Positions 45,793-55,871 of a DNA stretch of 64,000 nt are shown here, piece by piece. The stretch lies in NCBI GenBank assembly GCA_031396695.1, contig JANNLG010000056.1, forward strand, positions 3,853 through 67,852. The letters are read 5' to 3'. The notes beneath the pieces are model-generated. The model had not been told where the DNA came from and did no database searches. It saw only the letters and a program-made list of their open reading frames with translations. Each line of letters opens with the position of its first letter. Position 1 is the first letter of the stretch. The translations under genes were made by a program, and so were the position numbers. Source of the stretch: Deltaproteobacteria bacterium. GTDB lineage: Bacteria; Myxococcota_A; UBA9160; SZUA-336.

Positions 45793-46716
45793 GTGAGTTT
45801 GACCGAGCGCCACTCCGCGGAGGTCGATCGGACGCTGCGCACCCGCGAAGGGCGCCAGATCGGCTTCGCCACCTTTGGCGACCCGGAAGGGGTGCCTGTC
45901 TTCTACTTCCACGGCTTGGCCAGCTCGCGGCTCGAGGGCGCGCTCGCACACCCGGTCGGCCTGCAGCGCAACGTGTGCCTGATTTCGCTCGACCGGCCGG
46001 GCTACGGCCTGTCCGACGCCCGGCCCGGGCACCGCATCCCCGACGTGGTCGACGACGTGGTCGCGGTCGCCGAAGCGCTCGGGATCGAGCAGTTCTCGCT
46101 GGTCAGCGTCTCGACCGGCGGCCCGTTCGCCCTGGCCACGGCGGCGAAGCTGCCCGAGCGCGTGCGCGCGGTCGCGCTGATCTCGAGCCCCGCGCCGTAC
46201 TCGGAGCGCTCCGGCCACGTCGGCATGGACATCCGCTCGCGCGCGATCCTGCTCTGGCTGCCGCGCTTCGCGCCCTGGCTGCTCGGCCCGATCTGGAACC
46301 GGCTCGCCGAGCTCTCGGACAGCGACCCCGCCGGACTCCTGCGTCTGATCGCCGACACCATGCCGAGCTCGGAGCGGCGCGCGATCAGCTCGCCGGAGAT
46401 CGCGGAGGTGTTCATGAACGCGTCGTACGAGGCCTTCCGCAGCGGCACGGGCGGCGTGGTCGCCGAGCAGCGCCTGCTGGCGCGCGACTGGGGCTTCGAC
46501 ATGAACGGCGTGCACGCGCCCGTCTGGCTCTGGCACGGCGAAGAGGACGGCTCGAGCCCGATCGCGATGGCGCACTGGCTGGTGGCGGCGCTGCCGAAGT
46601 GCCAGGCGCAGTTCCTGCCCGGACGCGGCGCGATCGTCGCCGGCGACGTGCTGCCGTTCGCGATCGCGACGCTGGCGGACTACTGGAAGGCGAGCGCTTC
46701 GGAGCGCGAGCGCTGA
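45793..46716 (+). CDS. Alpha/beta-fold hydrolase
   Basis: ..VFYFHGLASSRLEG.. and the nucleophile elbow LVSVSTGG (GxSxG). GTG at 45793 or TTG at 45799. Confidence 0.75.
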   Translation: MSLTERHSAEVDRTLRTREGRQIGFATFGDPEGVPVFYFHGLASSRLEGALAHPVGLQRNVCLISLDRPGYGLSDARPGHRIPDVVDDVVAVAEALGIEQFSLVSVSTGGPFALATAAKLPERVRAVALISSPAPYSERSGHVGMDIRSRAILLWLPRFAPWLLGPIWNRLAELSDSDPAGLLRLIADTMPSSERRAISSPEIAEVFMNASYEAFRSGTGGVVAEQRLLARDWGFDMNGVHAPVWLWHGEEDGSSPIAMAHWLVAALPKCQAQFLPGRGAIVAGDVLPFAIATLADYWKASASERER

Positions 46717-46717
46717 T

Positions 46718-47860
46718 TCACTCCGCGGGGTCGAGGATCGACTTGAAGCCCGACGGCGCGTGCGCACCGATCACGAGCTGCTCGAACGTTCCGTAGCCGA
46801 TGCGCGTGCCCGCGCGCACGCGGCAGAGCTGCTGCACGTGCAGGTTCCACGGCTCCATCGGATTCAGCTCGGACGGGCGGAACACCGCGCCGCTGGTCGC
46901 GTCGTCGCCCTTCCACATGCCGTGGCCGAACGCAGGATCGCCGTAGCCGATGCCGCGCATCTGGAACGTGAGCAGCGGCTCGAGCTCGAGCTTGTGCGGT
47001 TCGCCATCCCTGGGGATCAGCGTGAGCGTTGCGGCGCGCGCGCGCCGCGTGCCTTTCTCCCACTGCACCGATCGGTGTAGGGACGCCATGTCCTCGATGG
47101 GCGCGCCGGACGCGAGCAGCGGCACGACCGCCGCGTGCGCCGCGAGAGCAACGCCGGTCTCGTCCTCGTTGACCTGGAAGTGCGTGCAGTGGTCGTCGAA
47201 GTGGATCGGCGCCCACAGCCAGTAGAACTGCGGCAGCGGGCCGGGCGCGCCGGTCGCTTCGCGCTCGCCGACCGGACGCACGCCCCAGGAGCGGTCACGC
47301 GTGCCGAGCACGTGACTCGCGTCGAGCTTGATGCGCTCGGCGCCGACGGCGAGCCAGCCCTCCCAGGTGCCGAATTGCGTGAAGCGGGTGGAGTCCAGCC
47401 ACGCGCGCCCGTTCTGGCGCAGCGTGAGGCGCGGCTCTTCGAGCGCCTCCGTGCGCGCGCGAAACAAAAGCTCGCCTTCCAGCCCGTGCTCGTTCGGCGC
47501 GATCGTGAGACGCACGGCGCGCATGGGCTCCAGCACCTCGATCGAGATCGGCCCCGCCTTCGTGTCGGTGCGCTCGCTCGGCGCGAGCCGCGAGCCGCGC
47601 ACCACGTACTGCATTCCGTCGCGCACGACGGAGACGGCCGCGTCCATCACGCGCCGGTTCGGGTACACGCCGAGCGCCGCGCCGAAGAACAGATCCGCCT
47701 CGCGCGTGAAGCCGTTGAACCAGTAGCGGTCGTAGGCGTTGCGATCGCCGGTCAGCGTGTGCGCGACGGGCTCGGGCGTCTGGTGGATCGGGTAGTCGTC
47801 GAGCCGGTTCAGCACGTCGGCACCGTCCACGCATGCGCGACGGGCAGCACTTCCGCGCAC
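46718..47860 (-). CDS. Hypothetical protein (about 380 aa), function unknown
   Basis: Protein-like composition with no recognisable motif. The exact start is unclear; it overlaps the LLM gene end by about 50 nt in the track. Confidence 0.5.
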   Translation of the reverse strand: MRGSAARRACVDGADVLNRLDDYPIHQTPEPVAHTLTGDRNAYDRYWFNGFTREADLFFGAALGVYPNRRVMDAAVSVVRDGMQYVVRGSRLAPSERTDTKAGPISIEVLEPMRAVRLTIAPNEHGLEGELLFRARTEALEEPRLTLRQNGRAWLDSTRFTQFGTWEGWLAVGAERIKLDASHVLGTRDRSWGVRPVGEREATGAPGPLPQFYWLWAPIHFDDHCTHFQVNEDETGVALAAHAAVVPLLASGAPIEDMASLHRSVQWEKGTRRARAATLTLIPRDGEPHKLELEPLLTFQMRGIGYGDPAFGHGMWKGDDATSGAVFRPSELNPMEPWNLHVQQLCRVRAGTRIGYGTFEQLVIGAHAPSGFKSILDPAE

Positions 47861-48750
47861 AGCCTGCGCGTCTGCTCGAGCAGGTCCTGGTCGCCCTGCG
47901 CGAGCGGGATCAGCACGAATTTGGAGATGCCGACGTCGCGGTATTCGGCGATGCGCGCGAGCACGTCCTTCGCTTCACCGACGGCGAAGTAGGCCTTCGG
48001 GTCGAAGCTTGCGCCGGCGGCGCGAGCGCGCGCCGCGAACGCGCGCTCCGTGATCGCGTCGTCGACGGGGCCGAGCCGGAACACGAAGCTCGCGCCGTAG
48101 TGGTCTTCGGGAATCGGCCGGCCGAGCTCGGCACCGTGGGCCTTGATCGCCTCGACCACGGGCTTCACCTGCGCGGGCGTCTGGATGCCGGCGAGCCAGC
48201 CGGTGCCGAGCCGCACCGTGCGGCGGATCGCGGCCGGGCTCGAGCCGCCGATCCAGAGCGGCAGCGGCTGTTGGATCGGGCGCGGCGAGATGCTCGCGTT
48301 CTCGTACTGGTAGAACTCGCCGCGAAACGTCACGCGCTCCTCGCTCCACAGGCGTCGGCACAGCTCGAGCGCTTCGTCCGCGCGCTTGCCGCGTTCCTTC
48401 GGATCGCGGCCGGTGGCGCGGAATTCGGGCGCGCTGTCCGAGCCGACGCCGAACACGGGCAGGAGCCGCCCGTTCGAGAGCCAGTCGATCGTCGCGCACT
48501 GTTTCGCGAGCACGAGCGGATCGCGCAGGCTCGCGACCACCGCGTTCATGCCGAACTTCAGACGCTCGGTCGCGCCCGCGAGCGCGGCCATGGTCGAGAG
48601 CGCCTCCAGGAACGGCTGCGGCGACACGAGCCGGTCGGTCTGCCAGATCGAATCGAGCGCGGAGTCCTCGCACAGGTCGACCCAGTCGAGGAACGCGCGG
48701 CCGCTCGCGAAGGGCAGGGTCGAGATTCCGATCCCGACGCGCACCTTCAC
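47809..48750 (-). CDS. Luciferase-like monooxygenase (LLM-class flavin/F420-dependent oxidoreductase)
   Basis: TIM-barrel LLM pattern (MKVRVGIGIS..FDSIWQTD..LSNGRLLPVFGVGS..FRGEFYQYENAS..). The ATG abuts the enoyl-CoA hydratase stop. Confidence 0.75.
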   Translation of the reverse strand: MKVRVGIGISTLPFASGRAFLDWVDLCEDSALDSIWQTDRLVSPQPFLEALSTMAALAGATERLKFGMNAVVASLRDPLVLAKQCATIDWLSNGRLLPVFGVGSDSAPEFRATGRDPKERGKRADEALELCRRLWSEERVTFRGEFYQYENASISPRPIQQPLPLWIGGSSPAAIRRTVRLGTGWLAGIQTPAQVKPVVEAIKAHGAELGRPIPEDHYGASFVFRLGPVDDAITERAFAARARAAGASFDPKAYFAVGEAKDVLARIAEYRDVGISKFVLIPLAQGDQDLLEQTRRLCAEVLPVAHAWTVPTC

Positions 48751-49541
48751 GAACGGTCCCCGCCGCGCGTCTGCGCCTGCCCGCGTGCGCGCACCAGCTT
48801 GCGCGCGACCTCGACCGAATCGGGTGCCACGTGGCGATTCGCGGCGCCGGACAGCTCGCGCTCCAGCCGCAGTGCCTCACCGAACGCGAGCGCGTAGCCC
48901 TGGTCGATGATTTTCTTGTAGCTACGCAGGGCGGTGTCGGGCACCGAGAGCATGTCCTGTGCGAGCTTGCGGCAGGTCGGCAAGAGCTCAGCAGATGGCA
49001 CCACCGAGTTCACCAGACCCCAGGCGCTGGCCGTCGCCGCGTCCAGATAGTTTCCGGAGAGCGACAGCTCCTTCGCGCGGCTGATGCCGATCGTGCGCGA
49101 GAGCTTCTGCGAGAGTCCCCAGCCGGGCATGATTCCGACACGCGCGTGTGTATCGGCGAAGCGCGCCTCGGTGGAGGCGATCAGCACGTCGCAGGCCAGC
49201 GCGAGCTCGAAGCCGCCCGTCACCGCCACGCCGTTGATCGCGCCGATCACCGGCCCCGCGAAGCTCTCGATCGCGCGCAGCACGTTCGGCTCCTCGCCCG
49301 CGCCCGCGCCGAGCGGTCCCGCGCCGCGGCCGAGCTCCTTCAGGTCGAGCCCCGCGCAGAACGCGCGCCCGGCGCCGGTCAGGATCACCACGCGCGCCTT
49401 GGGATCGAAGGCGAGCGACGTGAAGGTCTCGACGATCGCGGCGCGCAGCTCGCGCGAGAGCGCGTTCATCGCCTGCGGGCGGTGGAGCGTCACGGTGACG
49501 ATGCCGGCGTCGCGCTCGACCAGCAGTACGGGCTCGGACAT
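48747..49541 (-). CDS. Enoyl-CoA hydratase/isomerase (crotonase family)
   Basis: VILTGAGRAFCAGLDLKE.. and GAINGVAVTGGFELALACD crotonase signatures. ATG at 49541 (MSEPVLLV..). Confidence 0.85.
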   Translation of the reverse strand: MSEPVLLVERDAGIVTVTLHRPQAMNALSRELRAAIVETFTSLAFDPKARVVILTGAGRAFCAGLDLKELGRGAGPLGAGAGEEPNVLRAIESFAGPVIGAINGVAVTGGFELALACDVLIASTEARFADTHARVGIMPGWGLSQKLSRTIGISRAKELSLSGNYLDAATASAWGLVNSVVPSAELLPTCRKLAQDMLSVPDTALRSYKKIIDQGYALAFGEALRLERELSGAANRHVAPDSVEVARKLVRARGQAQTRGGDRS

Positions 49542-49678
49542 GCGGCTCTCCCTCGGGTGACTTCGCGCGATGATAGGCGCGCGCGCGGTCGAACTGCGAG
49601 TCCGGCAAGCGGAGCGCGCAGTGAGCGGAAGGCGAACGGAGTGCGGGTGGCGCGCGGCCGTCCGCGCGCCGGGTCCCG

Positions 49679-51238
49679 CTAAGGTCGGATGCTGTAGGCG
49701 CGCGGGCCGCGCAGCATCGAGAGCGACGGCTGGATCCACTCGATCCAGGCGCACAACGCCTGCCGCGTGCGGCGCGGATCGACCAGATCCGCCACGCCAA
49801 AACCCTCCGCGCGCGCGTATGGATCGCGGCGCGCGGCGAGCTGCTCTTCGAGCTCGCGACGCCGAGCCTCAGGGTCGGGCGCGGCTTCGATCTCGCGCCG
49901 GAACGCGACTGCGACGCCGCCCTCGAGCGGCAGCGCGCCCGACTCCGCCGACGGCCAGGCGATCACGTGGCCGCCGGGACCGAAGTGCGCGGCCGCGGCC
50001 ACGCCGAATGCCTTGCGCACGTGCACCGAGGCCCACGGGACGCTCGACTGCATGACCGCGAAGATCGCCGCGGTTCCGTGGCGGATGGTCGCGGCCTGCT
50101 CGGCCTCGGGGCCGATCAGGAAGCCCGGCTCGTCGACGAAGCTCACGATCGGCAGGTGGAAGGTGTCGCACAGGTCGACGTGGCGGCGCAGCTTCTGCGC
50201 GGCCGCGGCGGTCATCGCGCCGGCGTAGAAGTTCGGATCGTTGGCGAGCACGCCCACCGGTTGCCCGCGCAGGCGCGCGAGTCCGCAGATCAGCGAGCGG
50301 CCGAACTCGGGCGAGGTCTCGAGGAAGCTCGAGGTGTCGAGCACGAGCTCGAGCGCGCGGCGCATCTTGTACGATTTGCGTCGCTCGCGCGGCACCAGCG
50401 AGAGCAGCTCCTCACTGACGCGGTCGGCCGGATCGTCGCAGGCCGTGACCGGCGCGCGCTGCCACACGTTGGTCGGCAGATAGGAGAGGAAGCGGCGCGC
50501 TAGCTCGAACACGCCGCGCTCGTCGTCGGCGGCGTTGTCGACCACGCCGCTGCGCAGGTGCACGCGCGCACCGCCGAGCTCTTCTTTGGTGGCGCGCACG
50601 CCCCGCGCGCGCTCGACCAACGCGGGACCTGCGATCAACACCTGCGCGGTCTCGCGCGCCATCAGCGAGAAGTGCGAAGCGACCAGCCGCGCGGCGGGCA
50701 GACCCGCGACCGCGCCGAGCGCCGCAGACACGACCGGAGCCTGCGCCAGCGCCTGCGCGAACGATAGGAAGCGCGGCGGCGCGTTCGCCGAATCGACCAC
50801 GATCGGCGCGTCGCCGCCCGATTTGCGCGGCGCGACGCTTCCGCCTCCACCCTCCAGCAGGCGCACGAGCGGAAGTCGCAGCCGTACGGCCAGCTCCTCG
50901 GCCATCACCGATTTGCGTAGGCCCGCCGGCGAGGGCGAGCCGCCGGCCTGCGTGAAGTCTTCGCCACCGACGACGCACGGGCGGCCGTCGAGCTTCGCCA
51001 CGCCGAGCAGGTAGTTCGCGGGCGAGAAGCCGACCAGCCGGCCCTGCGCGTCCTTCTCAGCGTGGCCCGCGATCGGTCCCTGCTCCTGGAACGAGCCCGC
51101 GTCGACGAGCAGCGCGATTCGCTCGCGCACCGTGAGCCGGCCCTTCGCGTGCTGGGCGGCGATCGCGGCTTCGCCACCGAGCGCGAGCGCGGCGCGCCGC
51201 CGCGCTTCGATCCCGTCGACCTCGTCCTGCCAGCTCAC
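49679..51238 (-). CDS. Acyl-CoA carboxylase carboxyltransferase subunit (propionyl-/methylcrotonyl-CoA carboxylase beta-like)
   Basis: Two carboxyltransferase halves (..RLTVRERIALLVDAGSF.., ..ANDPNFYAGAM..). The GTG start at 51238 was chosen to avoid overlap with the upstream gene. Confidence 0.8.
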   Translation of the reverse strand: MSWQDEVDGIEARRRAALALGGEAAIAAQHAKGRLTVRERIALLVDAGSFQEQGPIAGHAEKDAQGRLVGFSPANYLLGVAKLDGRPCVVGGEDFTQAGGSPSPAGLRKSVMAEELAVRLRLPLVRLLEGGGGSVAPRKSGGDAPIVVDSANAPPRFLSFAQALAQAPVVSAALGAVAGLPAARLVASHFSLMARETAQVLIAGPALVERARGVRATKEELGGARVHLRSGVVDNAADDERGVFELARRFLSYLPTNVWQRAPVTACDDPADRVSEELLSLVPRERRKSYKMRRALELVLDTSSFLETSPEFGRSLICGLARLRGQPVGVLANDPNFYAGAMTAAAAQKLRRHVDLCDTFHLPIVSFVDEPGFLIGPEAEQAATIRHGTAAIFAVMQSSVPWASVHVRKAFGVAAAAHFGPGGHVIAWPSAESGALPLEGGVAVAFRREIEAAPDPEARRRELEEQLAARRDPYARAEGFGVADLVDPRRTRQALCAWIEWIQPSLSMLRGPRAYSIRP

Positions 51239-51246
51239 GCGCGCGG

Positions 51247-52116
51247 CTACGCCGGCCGGTACTCGGAGTACTGCGGCAGCGCGTCGTGGATCGCGTACCA
51301 CGGCGACTTCGATTTCACGAAGATGTGCGCGCCCTCGCGCACGCCCGGGTCGTCCTCGAACGAGCCCGCGGGAATCACCGCCATCTGGCTGACCGGATTC
51401 GCGCGTGGCACGGGCGAGCCGCAGTCGCGGCAGAACGCCTGCGTGAAGCGCTCCGCCTCCGGCACCTTGTACGAGTCGACGCGATCGGCGCCGCGCAGCC
51501 AGCGGAAGCGCGCCATCGGCGCGAAGAAATTCGTGGCGTGCGCGGCCGCCCGCGCCTTGCGACAGCGCGAGCAGTGACAGCAGACGATCACGCCCTCGAG
51601 CGGCGCGTCGACTTCATAGGCGACCGCGCCGCACAGGCAGCCGCCGCGCACCACGCCGAGTTTCGCTTCGAGCACGCGCTTGGTCGGAAGCGCTTCGCCC
51701 ATACCGGGTGGAAAGCCCTCGAACTGCGGCACCGAGTCCGCGATCTCGTGCCACGGCGCCTTCGAGCCGACGAAGATGTGCGCCATCGGAGCGATCTTCG
51801 GGTCGTCGTCGAGCAGGCCGGCGGGCACGTAGCGGATGCCCGAGTGCGCGTCGCTCGCGACCACCGAGCCGCAGCGCGGGCAGAACGGACGCGGATTGCC
51901 GGGCGACGACTCGCGCTTGCGAATCTTGTCCGCTCCGCGCAGCCAGCGGAACGAGCTATCCGAAACCGAGATGAAGCTCGCGAACGCGCTGCCGTGCGTC
52001 TTCCGGCACATGCCACAGTGACAGTGCGAGAGCGTCGCCGCCAAGCCATCGATCTCGAACGCCACATCGCCGCACAGACAGCTTCCACGGAGCATGCGGC
52101 CAGTATACTCGTCCAC
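51247..52116 (-). CDS. Tandem GFA/CENP-V-family (glutathione-dependent formaldehyde-activating-like) zinc protein
   Basis: Two repeats of the C..C..CHC..C zinc motif (GSCLCGDV..CHCGMC; GGCLCGAV..CHCSRC). Confidence 0.7.
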   Translation of the reverse strand: MDEYTGRMLRGSCLCGDVAFEIDGLAATLSHCHCGMCRKTHGSAFASFISVSDSSFRWLRGADKIRKRESSPGNPRPFCPRCGSVVASDAHSGIRYVPAGLLDDDPKIAPMAHIFVGSKAPWHEIADSVPQFEGFPPGMGEALPTKRVLEAKLGVVRGGCLCGAVAYEVDAPLEGVIVCCHCSRCRKARAAAHATNFFAPMARFRWLRGADRVDSYKVPEAERFTQAFCRDCGSPVPRANPVSQMAVIPAGSFEDDPGVREGAHIFVKSKSPWYAIHDALPQYSEYRPA

Positions 52117-52185
52117 AGAAGCAGGAAGCCCCGGTCCCCGCCAACGCGGATGACCGGGGCTTCGTGTTTTCGAAGTGCTAGGCGC

Positions 52186-53331
52186 TCAGTTGAGCGGGCA
52201 CCGGCTCTCGTTCTCGCTCGCGAGCTCGTTCTTCGCGCGCTCGAAGTTGCGCGTGGAGTACGCGTTCTGGACGATCGCGATCACCTCGCTCACCGAGAAC
52301 TCGTACGCAACCCCACCGCTGGCCGCGTTGAGGAGCGCCGCGACCGCGTGGCGACCGAGCGCCTTCTCGCCGCCGCCGCCCTGTCCCAGGGCGCCGAGCA
52401 GCGTCTTGTTGAACGACGCATCGACGCCGAACACGGTCTCGTACGAATCCGTCGGCAGGTACGTCGACCACGAGTCGAAGTGGTGCGACTGCTTCCAGTA
52501 ACCCGGCGTGCAGCCTTCGCCGCCCTGCGGCCGCTCGGTGCAGATGAGAAGCGCCGGGTCGGTGTCGGTCACCGTCAGGTCCCCTTCGCCCTCGTCGACG
52601 CCGTACACGCCCGAAACGTCCGAGACGTTCACGATCGTGCCGGCCTCTTTGCAGCGATCCGGTACGTTCAGCGCCTCGAACCCGGCCGTGGTCGAGCTCA
52701 GCACGCGCGTCTCGCCCACGGCGAGATTGCCCACCGGCACGTTCACCAGGCCGAGCGACGCGTCGTTCACCAGCACGTCGACCAGGGCGATGTTGCCGGT
52801 GTTCTCGACGGTCAGGCGATAGATCGCTCCGTGCGGTGCCTCGGCGCTCGGCGCGCTGGCCTCGTCGTCGGCGTCGAACCAGGTCGCGCCGCCGTTGATG
52901 CTGATCTCCTTTTCGATGTCGATCGCCGGGCGCTCGGGCGTGCACTCGAGCGTGACCGGAATTCCGCCGTTGAACGCGACCGGCAGAATCGAGGAGTTGC
53001 GGAGATGGCCAGAGCCACTGATCGAGACCGGACCTTCGGGAGGCGTGGGCCAGGCCACCGTCTCCGTGCGCGTCACCAGCGTGTTCGCCGTCTCACCTTG
53101 GATGGGGATGGTGCGCACGATCGGCGTTCCGGGGATGGCCGGATCGACGGCGATCGAGTAATCGAGGAAGCCTTGATAGTCGTATGCGATCGCAGCCGTG
53201 AGCGTGACCGAGAAGCCATCGCAGTCCGCCTCGAGCTCGGCGGATACCAGGCCGTTTGCCCACGAGGCACCAGGAGTCGCAGCAAAAAGGGCACCCGCGG
53301 CCGCCGCGCTGCACCAGGATCGAAGTCCCAT
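52186..53331 (-). CDS. Secreted hypothetical protein with a DUF11-like repeat-domain segment
   Basis: Signal peptide (MGLRSWCSAAAAGALFAATPGASWA) from ATG 53331. The C-terminal roughly 130 aa are Cys-containing and of unknown function. Confidence 0.6.
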   Translation of the reverse strand: MGLRSWCSAAAAGALFAATPGASWANGLVSAELEADCDGFSVTLTAAIAYDYQGFLDYSIAVDPAIPGTPIVRTIPIQGETANTLVTRTETVAWPTPPEGPVSISGSGHLRNSSILPVAFNGGIPVTLECTPERPAIDIEKEISINGGATWFDADDEASAPSAEAPHGAIYRLTVENTGNIALVDVLVNDASLGLVNVPVGNLAVGETRVLSSTTAGFEALNVPDRCKEAGTIVNVSDVSGVYGVDEGEGDLTVTDTDPALLICTERPQGGEGCTPGYWKQSHHFDSWSTYLPTDSYETVFGVDASFNKTLLGALGQGGGGEKALGRHAVAALLNAASGGVAYEFSVSEVIAIVQNAYSTRNFERAKNELASENESRCPLN

Positions 53332-53468
53332 CTCTACATTCCTTTCGGGGAGGGCGACGTACCGAACCCGAACTCCGGGCGCGGAAACGGTCGCATCGAA
53401 TTGCGAAGGCGTGCGAAGCAAAGTTCGAGCCAGGTCGCGCAGGTCGATTCCGCGTGCGGAGAAGCGAG

Positions 53469-54884
53469 ATGACGTCGATCGAGTCCGCGCTGCGCGCGCT
53501 GGAGGGGAACTTCACTGCCACTCTACACCAGTTGGTTTCCCTGGCGCGAGTTCAGGGGATCTCCGCCGCCGGCTTTCCGATCGCGGAGCTCGAGCGATCG
53601 GCGGAGTCGGTCGCGCAACTGCTGCGCAGCTCGGGACTCGAGCAGGTCGAAATCCTGCGCATTCCCGCGGCACATCCGTACGTCGTTGCAGACTGGCTGC
53701 ACGCGGGTGAGCTCGCACCGACGCTGCTGATCTACGCGCACCACGACGTGCAACCGCCCGGCCGGCCGGAGAAATGGCTGACACCCGCGTTCGAGCCGAC
53801 GCTGCGCGCGGATGGCCGTCTCTACGGTCGCGGCGTGGTGGACGACAAGGCCGGGTTGATGGTGCACCTGGCCGCGCTGCGCGCCTGCTTCGACTCGGGC
53901 CAGGCGCCGCCCGTGAACGTGAAGCTGCTCGTCGAGGGAGAAGAAGAGATCGGCTCGCCGCACCTCGAGGAGTTTCTGCGCACGTATCGCGAGCGCCTCG
54001 CCGCCGACGTGATCGTGCTCTCCGACACCGCGAACCTCGACGCCGGCATTCCCTCGCTCACCACCAGCCTGCGCGGGCTCGTGGTCGTCGACGTGCGCGT
54101 GCGCGCGCTCGATCACCCGCTGCACAGCGGGATGTGGGGCGGGCCGGTGGTCGACAGCGCGAGCGCGCTCGTGCGCCTGCTCGCGCGGCTCGTCGACGAT
54201 CGCGGCGTGATCCAGATCCCCGGCCTCTACGACGACGTGCGCGAGCTCGGGGTCGACGAACGCGCTCGGCTCGCGCGCCTGCCGTTCGACGAGCCCGCAT
54301 TCCGCCAGCAGGCGGGCTTGTTGACGTCGGGCTCGCTCGCCGGCGAAGCGGGCTTCACGCCGTACGAGCGACTCTGGCTGCGGCCGAGCCTGGCGTTCAC
54401 CGCGCTCGAGGGCGTGCCGATCGCGGGCTCCGCGAACCGATTGATGGAAGAGGCGTCCGCGCGTATCGGCCTGCGGCTCGCGCCGAGCCAGGACGCGCAG
54501 CGCGCGGCAAAGCTACTGACCGAGTTCCTCCGCCGGGATCCACCGAACGGTGTAGAGGTGGAAGTCACGGTCGGGAGCGCCGCGAGCGGCTGGGAGACGA
54601 ACCCGGTCGGGCCCGCGTTCGACGCCGCGCGGCGCGCGCTCGAAGCCGGCTTCCACCACGAGCTCGCCTTGATCGGCTGCGGCGGCTCGATCCCGTTCGT
54701 CGGCCCGTTCGCCGACGTGCTCGGCGGCGTGCCCGCGCTCCTGCTCGGCCTCGAAGATCCGCTCTGCAACGCGCACGGCGAGAACGAGAGCCTGAACGTG
54801 GACGACTTCAAGCGAGCCGCGCGCTCCGCGCTGCGCCTCTACTTCGAGCTCGCGGGCAGCCTGCAACGCAGCGCGCGCGGCTAG
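53469..54884 (+). CDS. M20-family metallopeptidase (dipeptidase/ArgE/DapE/CPG2-like)
   Basis: M20 metal-binding pattern (..LIYAHHDVQPP.., ..GRGVVDDKAG.., ..LLVEGEEEIGS..). ATG at 53469. Confidence 0.8.
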   Translation: MTSIESALRALEGNFTATLHQLVSLARVQGISAAGFPIAELERSAESVAQLLRSSGLEQVEILRIPAAHPYVVADWLHAGELAPTLLIYAHHDVQPPGRPEKWLTPAFEPTLRADGRLYGRGVVDDKAGLMVHLAALRACFDSGQAPPVNVKLLVEGEEEIGSPHLEEFLRTYRERLAADVIVLSDTANLDAGIPSLTTSLRGLVVVDVRVRALDHPLHSGMWGGPVVDSASALVRLLARLVDDRGVIQIPGLYDDVRELGVDERARLARLPFDEPAFRQQAGLLTSGSLAGEAGFTPYERLWLRPSLAFTALEGVPIAGSANRLMEEASARIGLRLAPSQDAQRAAKLLTEFLRRDPPNGVEVEVTVGSAASGWETNPVGPAFDAARRALEAGFHHELALIGCGGSIPFVGPFADVLGGVPALLLGLEDPLCNAHGENESLNVDDFKRAARSALRLYFELAGSLQRSARG

Positions 54885-55104
54885 CTGCCCAGCCAGTTCC
54901 CCTGCGAGTAGCGCAGTCCCCGGTCGAGATAGATGCGCTCGAACGCGGCCGAGAGCCGGAAGCGGTCCGTGAAGTAGAGCGTGTGCACGTGCGGGCGCGT
55001 CATTCCGACAGAAACCGTGGCAAGCGGCGTGCCGATGCGCCGCGAGGTCGCAGGGTCTCTGCGCCCGCTCGCATGCTCCGCTTCTGGCCGAGCGCGCGCC
55101 GACT

Positions 55105-55764
55105 CTAGGCGCGCGAACCCCAGCTGTTCCAGCTCGTCAGCTCGCGCGCGGGCAAGCGCGTGGCCTGCTTGAACTCCTTGCCCTTGAAGTACGCGACCGG
55201 CAGCAGGGCGGTCTGCGTGAACGTCGGCGGAATCTCGAGCAGCTTCGAGATCGCGGCCTCGTGCGCCAGGTGCAGCGTCGTCCAGGCCATCCCGAGTCCG
55301 CGTGCGCGCGCGGCCAGCATGAAGGACCAAGCGGCGGGGAGGATCGAGCCGTAGATGCTGGCCTGCGCCATCACGCCCGCGTTCTCGACCCGGCCCTCCA
55401 CGCACGGAATCACGTGCACGGGCACTTCGTGCAGGTGCTCGGCGAGATACAGGGCCGACTCGCGCACGCGCGCCTCTTGCGCCTTGCGCGGGTCGCCCGG
55501 CGCGGTCCAGCGCGGGCCGCCGGCCTCCTGCATCTTCAGGTAGCCGGTCAGCGTCTCCTTGTAGCAGCGCGCGATCTCGGCGCGCTTGGCCGCGTCGGTG
55601 ACCACCACGAAGTGCCAGCCCTGGGAATTCGAGCCGGTCGGCGCCTGCAGCGCGATCTCGATGCACTCCTCGATCAGCGCCCGCGGTACGGGCCGCGACA
55701 GATCGAGGCGTTTGCGCACGGAGCGCGTCTGGGTGAGCAGCTCGTCGGTGGCCTTCAGGTCCAT
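55105..55764 (-). CDS. Nitroreductase-family protein
   Basis: ..RSVRKRLDLSRPVP..APTGSNSQGWHFVVV.. matches the NADH oxidase/nitroreductase fold. AGGAAGGGG precedes the ATG. Confidence 0.8.
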   Translation of the reverse strand: MDLKATDELLTQTRSVRKRLDLSRPVPRALIEECIEIALQAPTGSNSQGWHFVVVTDAAKRAEIARCYKETLTGYLKMQEAGGPRWTAPGDPRKAQEARVRESALYLAEHLHEVPVHVIPCVEGRVENAGVMAQASIYGSILPAAWSFMLAARARGLGMAWTTLHLAHEAAISKLLEIPPTFTQTALLPVAYFKGKEFKQATRLPARELTSWNSWGSRA

Positions 55765-55871
55765 GGTTTCCCCTTCCTGGTTCGCAGCGAGGGGGATTAG
55801 ACCACGGGCCTCGCTTGCTCCGCGACCGGGCAGGCGCGTATAACCAGCGCGCCAACCGAAGGAGATCCGCG

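Noticed and set aside
42257-46716. Very long track ORFs 42829..46716 (+, 1295 aa) and 42257..45169 (-, 970 aa)
   Set aside because: Only their terminal parts are plausible genes (alpha/beta hydrolase 45793..46716; small coiled-coil protein 42257..42745). The remainders are Arg/Ala-rich and overlap better-supported genes in other frames.
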